The notes under the pieces were generated by a model. That model saw nothing but the letters and a program-made list of their open reading frames with translations. It did no database searches and was not told the origin of the DNA. From Deinococcales bacterium (GTDB lineage: Bacteria; Deinococcota; Deinococci; Deinococcales; JAAFIG01), in the NCBI GenBank assembly GCA_031414595.1, contig JANNVX010000116.1, forward strand, positions 1 through 13,302: 13,302 bases of DNA. The letters are read 5' to 3'. Within the stretch, counting starts at the first letter, position 1, and each line of letters begins with the position of its first letter. A program made the translations under genes and the position numbers. Positions 6,943 to 13,302 of this stretch are shown here, in pieces.

Positions 6943-8322
6943 ATGGCGCTACTGATTAAAAATGGTGAAATTGTCACAGCAGACTCGAGGTACTTCGCGG
7001 ATATTTTCGTGGAGAACGAAACAATTACGCGCATTGGCACAAATCTCGAGGTAGATGCCAACGTAGAGGTGATTGATGCTACAGGAAAACTGATTTTTCC
7101 GGGTTTCATAGACCCGCACGTCCATATTTACTTACCGTTTATGGCAACCTTTGCTAAGGATACCCACACCACAGGCAGCCAAGCAGCGCTGGTTGGTGGC
7201 ACAACCACCTTTATTGAAATGTGCTGCCCTAGCCGTAATGATGACGCGCTCGAGGGCTATCACTTGTGGAAATCCAAAGCCGAAGGCTCGAGCGCTTGTG
7301 ATTACACGTTTCATATGTCGGTCACAAAGTTTGACCAAAAAACCGAAGCACAATTGCGCGCAATTGTGGCGGATGGTATCTCGAGTTTTAAGATTTTTTT
7401 ATCGTACAAGAATTTTTTTGGTGTGGATGACAATGAAATGTACCAAACCATGACCCTAGCAAAAGAACTTGGGGTGATTGTCACGGCGCACTGCGAAAAT
7501 GCCGAATTGGTCGGGCAATTGCAACAGCACTTGCTGGCACAAAGTAAAACGGGTTCTGAATGGCATGAACCAAGCCGCCCTGAAAGTGTGGAAACTGAAG
7601 GCACAATGCGCTTTGCAACCTTCCTCGAGAATACTGGGGCAACTGGCTATGTGGTGCATCTGAGTTGTGCTGGAGCGCTCGCGCAAGCCATGGCAGCCAA
7701 GGCTCGAGGTGTGCCGATTTACATTGAAAGTGTGATACCGCATTTTCTGCTGGATAAGACCTATGCCGAACGCGAGGGCGTAGAAGGCGCAAAACACGTC
7801 ATGTCGCCGCCGCTACGGGATAAACGAAACCAAAAGGTGCTTTGGGATGCTCTGGCACAAGGTTTTATTGACACAGTTGGTACAGACCACTGCCCGTTTG
7901 ATGTGGCGCAAAAAGCCATGGGAACAAATAATTTCACGGCAATTCCAAATGGTATTCCCGCCATCGAAGACCGTGTGAATTTGCTCTACACGTATGGGGT
8001 CTCGAGGGGAACGCTGGACATTCACCGTTTTGTTGAAGCTGCCAGTACCAAAAGCGCCAAATTATTTGGCTTATTTCCACAAAAAGGCTGTATTGCGGTT
8101 GGCTCAGATGCCGACCTTGTGATTTACGACCCGAAGTACCGTGGAAAAATCAGTGCCGCCACCCAAACCGTCAACAACGACTATAACGGCTTTGAAGGCA
8201 TGGAAATAGACGGCAAACCAAGTCTGGTAACAGTCCGTGGACAAATCCAAGTCAAAGACGGCAAATTTGTTGGCGACTCGAGCCGAGGTAAATTCTTACG
8301 GCGCAAACCACAGCACTTCTAA
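6943..8322 (+). CDS. hydA: Dihydropyrimidinase / D-hydantoinase
   Basis: Amidohydrolase motifs PGFIDPHVH, GGTTT, SSFKIF (carboxylated Lys), AHCEN, VVHLS, GTDHCPF, IPNGIP, GSDADLVI. Strong SD GGAGG. Confidence 0.92.
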   Translation: MALLIKNGEIVTADSRYFADIFVENETITRIGTNLEVDANVEVIDATGKLIFPGFIDPHVHIYLPFMATFAKDTHTTGSQAALVGGTTTFIEMCCPSRNDDALEGYHLWKSKAEGSSACDYTFHMSVTKFDQKTEAQLRAIVADGISSFKIFLSYKNFFGVDDNEMYQTMTLAKELGVIVTAHCENAELVGQLQQHLLAQSKTGSEWHEPSRPESVETEGTMRFATFLENTGATGYVVHLSCAGALAQAMAAKARGVPIYIESVIPHFLLDKTYAEREGVEGAKHVMSPPLRDKRNQKVLWDALAQGFIDTVGTDHCPFDVAQKAMGTNNFTAIPNGIPAIEDRVNLLYTYGVSRGTLDIHRFVEAASTKSAKLFGLFPQKGCIAVGSDADLVIYDPKYRGKISAATQTVNNDYNGFEGMEIDGKPSLVTVRGQIQVKDGKFVGDSSRGKFLRRKPQHF

Positions 8323-8357
8323 AAAACGATGGTGCAAGTTTTTTGCACCATCGTCTT
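8321..8357. terminator. Intrinsic terminator between convergent hydA and rpoD
   Basis: ACGATGGTGCAA-gtttt-TTGCACCATCGT, a perfect 12-bp stem (8326-8354). The A-run at 8321-8326 gives a U-tract on the minus strand. Confidence 0.88.
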
Positions 8358-8371
8358 GAAAACCAGAACTT

Positions 8372-10105
8372 CTAATCCAGAAAGTCGCGCAGTTTACGGG
8401 TGCGGCTTTCATGGTATTTCAGCTTACGCAGGGCTTTATTTTCGATTTGACGAATCCGTTCACGGGTGACGTTAAAATACTGCCCAACTTCTTCAAGGGT
8501 GTGTTCGCGTCCATCTATTAAGCCCTTACGGAGTTTTAAGACCATCGCTTCGCGCTCGGTCAGTTTAGCCAGTGCCTTCTCGAGTTCTTCGGACAATAAA
8601 CTCTTGGCAGCGTTGTCCACGGGTGTATCAAGGTTGTCATCAGGGATAAAATCACCGTAGAAGCTGTCTTTCTCGTCACCAATTGGGGTCTCGAGCGAGA
8701 CAGGTTCTTGGGAAACCTTCAGAACTTCCTCGACTTTTTCGGCGTTCCAACCCGGTCCCATCTGCTCAGCAATTTCTTCAAAGCTCGGTTCACGGCTTAG
8801 TTCTTGTTGCAGTTGTCTGGCGGTGCGGGTTAGTTTGTTGATCGTTTCGACCATATGAACGGGAATACGAATGGTACGGGCTTGGTCAGCAATCGCACGG
8901 TTGATGGCTTGGCGAATCCACCATGTGGCGTAGGTGCTAAATTTATAGCGGCGTTTGTACTCGAATTTTTCGACCGCACGGATTAAGCCTTGGTTGCCTT
9001 CTTGAATTAAATCCAAAAAGCTCATGCCACGCCCCGTGTATTTCTTGGCAATTGAGACCACAAGCCGCAAATTGGCTTCGATTAAGTGCTGACGGGCGGC
9101 ATCGCCGTCTTGTCCTTTGCGTTTTAGGGTGCGGCGAGCCCGTTCTTCGGCATCGTCTGGCAATTCAGTAAAGGCTTTTTTGGCTTCTTCACCTTCTTCG
9201 ACCCGACGCGCAAGGTCAATTTCTTCTTCTAAGGTCAGCAAAGAAACCCGCCCAATTTCGTGTAGGTACTGGCGCACTGGGTCGTTGGTGCTTAAACGCC
9301 CTGTTTCTTCGGCTACCCGATTTTCTAAGTCTTCTTCTTTTTCGCCTTCTTCGTCAAAAGCCCCTTCTAAACCAGCTTCGTCATCCATCTCGAGTTCTTC
9401 ATCATCGGCTAGGTCTTCGATAAAAATACTTTCGGATTGCAAATACTGCATCAGGTCGTCAAATTCATCGGTCTCGTCTGGGTTTAAGCCAAGCTCACGC
9501 AAGGCTCTGCCCAACGCATCGGCAGCATCGGCGCTGTTGAGCATTCCATCTTTTTTGCCTTTTTTAACAAGGTCTTTAATCGCGTCAGTCTCGACCCAAG
9601 CACGTTTTTTAGCGCCAGACTTTGCGCCCGCTTCGGCTTTGCCCGCTTCTGGTTTGGCAGCACTGGTTTTTGAACTTGGTTTAGTGGTGGCTTTGGCATC
9701 TGGTTTTGCGGCAGTTGCTTTGGCTTCGGGGGTTTTTGTAACAACGGCTTTTTCTGTGGTTTTTGCGACCGGTTTTGCAGCCACAACAGTTGTGGCTTCT
9801 GGTTTTCGAGCCACGGGTTTTTTGCTAACGACAGGTTGCGGTTCGGACTGAACAACTGGTTTAGGAGATGATTTACTCATAGCAGTAGATGTTGGATTCG
9901 CTTTCTTGGTCTGAGTGGGTGGTGTAACAGCGACTGGTTTCGCGGTACTTTGGGGTTTGGTACTCGAGGCTGGTTTAGGGGCTGGTTTTATAGGAGCTTT
10001 GGAGAGACTGGTTTTAGGGGCTGGTTTTGCCGATGTTGCCGCAACTGCCTTTGCTGAGGTTGCCCCAACTGCCTTAGAAACTGGTTTTGCCTTTGCCTGT
10101 GCCAT
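8372..10105 (-). CDS. rpoD: Primary RNA polymerase sigma factor RpoD/SigA with a long basic low-complexity N-terminus
   Basis: Region 1.2 [11 protein letters not shown]; region 2 [16 protein letters not shown]...[13 protein letters not shown]; region 4 [25 protein letters not shown] and [15 protein letters not shown] resemble Thermus/Deinococcus SigA. Confidence 0.98.
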   Translation of the reverse strand: MAQAKAKPVSKAVGATSAKAVAATSAKPAPKTSLSKAPIKPAPKPASSTKPQSTAKPVAVTPPTQTKKANPTSTAMSKSSPKPVVQSEPQPVVSKKPVARKPEATTVVAAKPVAKTTEKAVVTKTPEAKATAAKPDAKATTKPSSKTSAAKPEAGKAEAGAKSGAKKRAWVETDAIKDLVKKGKKDGMLNSADAADALGRALRELGLNPDETDEFDDLMQYLQSESIFIEDLADDEELEMDDEAGLEGAFDEEGEKEEDLENRVAEETGRLSTNDPVRQYLHEIGRVSLLTLEEEIDLARRVEEGEEAKKAFTELPDDAEERARRTLKRKGQDGDAARQHLIEANLRLVVSIAKKYTGRGMSFLDLIQEGNQGLIRAVEKFEYKRRYKFSTYATWWIRQAINRAIADQARTIRIPVHMVETINKLTRTARQLQQELSREPSFEEIAEQMGPGWNAEKVEEVLKVSQEPVSLETPIGDEKDSFYGDFIPDDNLDTPVDNAAKSLLSEELEKALAKLTEREAMVLKLRKGLIDGREHTLEEVGQYFNVTRERIRQIENKALRKLKYHESRTRKLRDFLD

Positions 10106-10246
10106 CTTTCCCCCTGCCTTAGAATCAAATGAGTTTGCGAACTCTTTACACGCACCATTGCCAGAAAAGTTTCACACGGCAAACTCGGCTTTAGAGCATA
10201 ACACCCTAAGCCGATAAAAATTGTCTCTCCCTCGAAAGGGATGTAA

Positions 10247-10275
10247 AGTGTACGCATCTCAACTAAAACTGTCAA
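10247..10275 (-). promoter_or_regulatory. Sigma70-type promoter of rpoD
   Basis: Minus strand TTGACA (10275-10270), 17 nt, TACACT (10252-10247). Confidence 0.8.
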
Positions 10276-10293
10276 GCGGAAAAAGGAAATCTT

Positions 10294-11637
10294 ATGCGAA
10301 TAGCCTTAATCTCAAGTGAAGTTCATCCGTATTCTAAGTCTGGTGGTCTTGCCGATGTTGCCTCGAGCTTACCAATAGCTTTGGCTGCCATGGGACACGA
10401 AGTGATCGTGGTTTCACCTTGGTATAAAACCCTAAAAAATGTCACACCCTATTATTTGTGGGATGTCGAAGCACCCAACTTAAGCAGCAAAATGGGTGTG
10501 GCGGACACCTTAGCGCATGGGGTACGCCATGTTTTTATTGGCGGCAATCTGTTTGACCGCGATAGCTATTATGGTTACTCGGATGATGTCTACCGCTTTG
10601 CCCAGTTTTGTATGGCTGTACCGCATGTGCTGCATGGGCTGCATTTTTTTCCTGATGTCTACCACTTAAACGACTGGCAATCTGGCTTGCTTGCGCCGTT
10701 ATTGCGTTTTGGCAACGTGCCAGATGCCCAACGCCGTGCCAAAACGGTACTGACCATTCATAATTTGGCGTTTCAGGGGCGTTGGAATCTCGAGGATGTG
10801 CGTGCTTGGACGGGCTTACCCGAATGGGTATCTGGACTCGAGTACAATAAAGATGCCAATTGCCTCAAAGCCGGAATTGAATACTCGGATGTCATCAGTA
10901 CCGTTTCACCGCGTTACGCTTATGAAATCACCACCCCAGAAGGCGGCTTTGGCTTAGATGGCGCATTGCGTTACCGAGGTGTGACAGGCATCCTAAACGG
11001 GATAGACACCAATTACTGGAATCCGAGTACCGACAAACATATTCCAGTCCATTACCACGACCTAGCAGGTAAACAAGCGGCTCGAGAGGCATTGTGTAAA
11101 GAATTAAACCTAGACCCTGAACGCCCAACCTTAAGCATGGTCAGCCGTTTGTCGGAGCAAAAAGGTTTAAGTATTATGTTTGGGGCGCTCGAGGAAATGG
11201 CGCAGCAGTGGAACATTGTGATTCTTGGCAGTGGCGACACGGGCGCAGAGCAAGGCTTGCAGTGGTTTATGCAGACTCGAGCCAACATTCACTTTTCAAA
11301 TGGTTTTAACGAAGCCCTAGCACACCGAATTTATGCGGGTTCAGATGCTTTTTTGATGCCGAGTTTATTTGAGCCTTGCGGCTTATCGCAACTGATTAGT
11401 ATGCGTTATGGCACATTGCCGATTGCACGGGCAGTTGGTGGTTTAATGGACACCGTACCCGAGTCAAGAGGCTATCCATTCTGGGATTACTCCAATTGGG
11501 CGCTGGCTGCTACGGCTCGTTATGCCCGTTCACAATGGCAGACTGTCGCATGGGAAGCCAAGGTTAATGAAGCCATGAACACAGATTTTTCTTGGGATAT
11601 TGCTGCACGACAGTATTTACAATTGTATAGTAGTTAA
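10294..11637 (+). CDS. glgA: Glycogen synthase (ADP-glucose, GT5)
   Basis: PYSKSGGLADV (KxGGL), HLNDWQ, TIHNLAFQG, GILNGID, PSLFEPCGLSQL, VGGLMDTV, DFSW. SD AAGGA. Confidence 0.96.
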   Translation: MRIALISSEVHPYSKSGGLADVASSLPIALAAMGHEVIVVSPWYKTLKNVTPYYLWDVEAPNLSSKMGVADTLAHGVRHVFIGGNLFDRDSYYGYSDDVYRFAQFCMAVPHVLHGLHFFPDVYHLNDWQSGLLAPLLRFGNVPDAQRRAKTVLTIHNLAFQGRWNLEDVRAWTGLPEWVSGLEYNKDANCLKAGIEYSDVISTVSPRYAYEITTPEGGFGLDGALRYRGVTGILNGIDTNYWNPSTDKHIPVHYHDLAGKQAAREALCKELNLDPERPTLSMVSRLSEQKGLSIMFGALEEMAQQWNIVILGSGDTGAEQGLQWFMQTRANIHFSNGFNEALAHRIYAGSDAFLMPSLFEPCGLSQLISMRYGTLPIARAVGGLMDTVPESRGYPFWDYSNWALAATARYARSQWQTVAWEAKVNEAMNTDFSWDIAARQYLQLYSS

Positions 11638-11939
11638 TGGGGGGCGCTTAGAGCTTTTAAGACCACATCGGGGGCATAGGCAGCCACCCGCAACAAGGCT
11701 TTTGCCGCACCACTAGGTTGGCTACGACCTTGTTCCCAATTCTCGAGTGTTCGTACACTCACACCAATCATTTTGGCAAACTTTGGACGACTAAGATGAA
11801 GTTGATTTCGCGTCATGAGTGAATTCGAGGCTTCATCAAGAACAGTTTTGCGGGTTGGCTGCATTTCGCCGCGTTCAACTGCCAACATTTCAGTCAGACT
11901 TTCCTCGAGTAGTGCCGTAAAATCTTTTATATTTTTCAT
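11634..11939 (-). CDS. higA: HigA-type XRE/HTH antitoxin
   Basis: LSRPKFAKMIGVSVRTLENWEQGRSQPSGAAKALL. Lies 8 nt downstream of the RelE-like toxin gene with SD GAGG. Overlaps the glgA end by 4 nt. Confidence 0.88.
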   Translation of the reverse strand: MKNIKDFTALLEESLTEMLAVERGEMQPTRKTVLDEASNSLMTRNQLHLSRPKFAKMIGVSVRTLENWEQGRSQPSGAAKALLRVAAYAPDVVLKALSAPH

Positions 11940-11947
11940 TGTTTCCT

Positions 11948-12262
11948 CTAAGGTAATTGGTCTACGAATTTGGCTAGAAGTTGAATTTCGTATGGCGTTA
12001 AATCACTTTTTTCGCTTTTGCTGTAAACCAATAACAAATAAATCCGACTTTGCACAACATGATGAAAATAAATAATTCGCAAACCACCGCTTTTTCCTGT
12101 TGTACGGGTTGCCCATCTGAGCTTACGACTGCCTTTGCCTTTTTTAATGACTTTTCCCGAATCCGGATTATTCAACAAATAAATCTGCAATAGCCTGAGT
12201 TCTTCGTCATTTAAGTAATCATTTATGATTCTGACAAAAGCAGCTGTTTCAAAGAACTCCAC
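11948..12262 (-). CDS. higB: HigB/RelE-family toxin (GTG start)
   Basis: EFFETAAF...NPDSGKVI...RKLRW...GKSGGLRIIYF...LLLVYSKSEKSDLT is a typical HigB-2-like pattern. Confidence 0.9.
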   Translation of the reverse strand: MEFFETAAFVRIINDYLNDEELRLLQIYLLNNPDSGKVIKKGKGSRKLRWATRTTGKSGGLRIIYFHHVVQSRIYLLLVYSKSEKSDLTPYEIQLLAKFVDQLP

Positions 12263-12267
12263 AACAA

Positions 12268-12296
12268 AATATACGCGAATTGCGTACTTTTGTCAA
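12268..12296 (-). promoter_or_regulatory. Promoter with embedded palindromic operator of higBA
   Basis: Minus strand TTGACA (12296-12291), 17 nt, TATATT (12273-12268), 5 nt, GTG. Palindrome TACGC-N5-GCGTA at 12272-12286. Confidence 0.85.
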
Positions 12297-12349
12297 AGAT
12301 TCGAGCGTACCCACACAAGCCACAGCCAAAGCTCGAGCAGAAGCAAAAT

Positions 12350-12383
12350 AAAAAACTCGAGCTTCCAAAAGTGGAGGCTCAAG
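12350..12383 (-). terminator. Probable intrinsic terminator after the second TA module
   Basis: Minus strand CTTGAGCCTCCA-cttt-TGGAAGCTCGAG followed by TTTTTT. The stem has one mismatch and one G-U pair. Confidence 0.65.
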
Positions 12384-12429
12384 CAGAAGCAACTGAAATG
12401 CTGCCATAGAAATTGTACAACAGTTAGGC

Positions 12430-12789
12430 TTACCTCATTTCGGTGGTCAGCACTTGCCCAGTTTCAAGATGACGCAGTGTAATACTCACTTCGTAACCCA
12501 TGACTTGCGCTTGCTCGAGAAGCGTAGCAACTTCGACATTTGCACCGAGCTTTTCACGATGATGCACGGCTGCTCGAGTCACTCCAAGTCGCTGTGCCAC
12601 TTCTGCCAGTGTCAAACTGGCTTGGGTTCTTGCTAAAGCCAATAATTCGGGGACAGATTCAAGTTGAGCAGGTTGCAACTCTGGAATACCACGAAGAGAA
12701 ATACTTGCATCTTCCAGAATTCCTGTTTTAAGTTGGGCTGAACCAAATTTCTGTTCAAGTTTAGCCAGCAAAACAGCGCGTTTACTCAT
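12430..12789 (-). CDS. XRE-family HTH protein, probable antitoxin
   Basis: LALARTQASLTLAEVAQRLGVTRAAVHHREK...VATLLEQAQVMGYEVSITL. ATGA overlap with the upstream toxin-like gene. Confidence 0.8.
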   Translation of the reverse strand: MSKRAVLLAKLEQKFGSAQLKTGILEDASISLRGIPELQPAQLESVPELLALARTQASLTLAEVAQRLGVTRAAVHHREKLGANVEVATLLEQAQVMGYEVSITLRHLETGQVLTTEMR

Positions 12790-13148
12790 AACTCCTCCGT
12801 TAATTGCACAAGAAACTCGAGGGCTTGATCTATTTTTAAGTTGCTCAGGGCAACCCCTGATTTTACTTCTGCTCCCGTAATGACAGCTTGATTATTTAGT
12901 ACAAAAAAGTACACTCTTGCCCCGCCTTTCTCGCCACCTCGGGCATGGCTTTTAAGTTCCCAAATTGGTAAAGCACGTAATTTCTGGGCAAACTGACAAT
13001 CCCGAACTGGATTTTGGTGCAAATCTGTGAGCATCAAAATAATTGTGCGAATTGCTTCTACTTGTCCGCGATTTGCCATCTCGAGTAAATCTTCGATAAT
13101 TGCAGATTGTTTACGTTTTTTTCGATGAGGTTGACGGAGAGCAACCAC
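12786..13148 (-). CDS. RelE/ParE-superfamily (Gp49-like) toxin, GTG start
   Basis: KLRALPIWELKS...GGARVYFF...EVK motif. Toxin-first order with an HTH partner. TAGACT -10 element 6 nt upstream (13160-13155). Confidence 0.7.
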   Translation of the reverse strand: MVALRQPHRKKRKQSAIIEDLLEMANRGQVEAIRTIILMLTDLHQNPVRDCQFAQKLRALPIWELKSHARGGEKGGARVYFFVLNNQAVITGAEVKSGVALSNLKIDQALEFLVQLTEEL

Positions 13149-13224
13149 TCTTTTAGTCTAGGTAAGGAACTGTCCAAGAATAACTTCCTGATTTCAAATA
13201 GACCAAAAACAGACAATTGGTCAC

Positions 13225-13302
13225 AGGGCGGACACGGGGGTCCGCCCCTACCTGACGTATTTTTATGGATTTTGTAGGGACAGACCCCTGTGTCTGTCCT
13301 GC
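13225..13302. repeat. Inverted doublet of GTAG-type REP palindromes (REPIN-like)
   Basis: 13251-13225 (minus) GTAGGGGCGGACCCCCGTGTCCGCCCT and 13274-13300 (plus) GTAGGGACAGACCCCTGTGTCTGTCCT, separated by 22 nt. Confidence 0.8.

Noticed and set aside
4302-8322. A complete reductive pyrimidine degradation operon
   Set aside because: Only hydA is present; no dihydropyrimidine dehydrogenase or beta-ureidopropionase is seen, and the PLP enzyme is class V rather than class III.
8466-10275. ORFs overlapping rpoD (9117-9851, 9484-9855, 9915-10217, 9988-10275, 8466-8660)
   Set aside because: Antisense or alternative-frame products of low-complexity sequence. The TTG start at 10275 is the -35 box.
11948-12262. 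No CTCGAG in higB, suggesting recent acquisition
   Set aside because: Only 1-2 sites are expected in 315 nt, and its partner higA has two, so this is not significant.
12385-12429. GCCTAAC right after the antitoxin stop (minus strand), resembling an integron attC R'' box
   Set aside because: No matching GTTRRRY R' box or complementary L boxes at the right spacing, and no integrase in the window.
12225-12482. 85-aa plus-strand ORF across the inter-TA region
   Set aside because: It overlaps both TA genes in antisense and spans a promoter and terminator. It has no RBS or motif.
1-13302. CRISPR array, tRNA or rRNA
   Set aside because: No regularly spaced 25-45 bp repeats and no cloverleaf or rRNA-like sequence. 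CTCGAG spacing is irregular and mostly inside genes.

Overview
Bacterial chromosomal window, most likely from a low-GC member of Deinococcota: the sigma factor ends ...[17 protein letters not shown], SecDF is fused, and several genes look leaderless. Gene order: N-terminus of a probable IS630-type transposase (-, truncated by the window edge); ABC-2 ATPase (-) with a DesR-like operator; fused secDF (-) preceded by a small signal-peptide uORF and a long hairpin; class-V PLP enzyme, P-II-like protein, vapBC and dihydropyrimidinase (+); rpoD/sigA (-) with a long Lys/Ala/Pro tail and a structured 5' UTR; glgA (+); two tandem toxin-first TA modules (-); a GTAG-type REP doublet. The most interesting signals are: (1) a candidate secretion-monitoring arrest peptide upstream of secDF that lacks RAPP/RAGP motifs and is linked to the secDF RBS by an inverted heptamer-repeat stem; (2) about 20-fold over-representation of the palindrome CTCGAG, reminiscent of HIP1; (3) an apparent extra SecF-P4-like domain inside SecDF. 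All calls come from manual reading; no searches were run.
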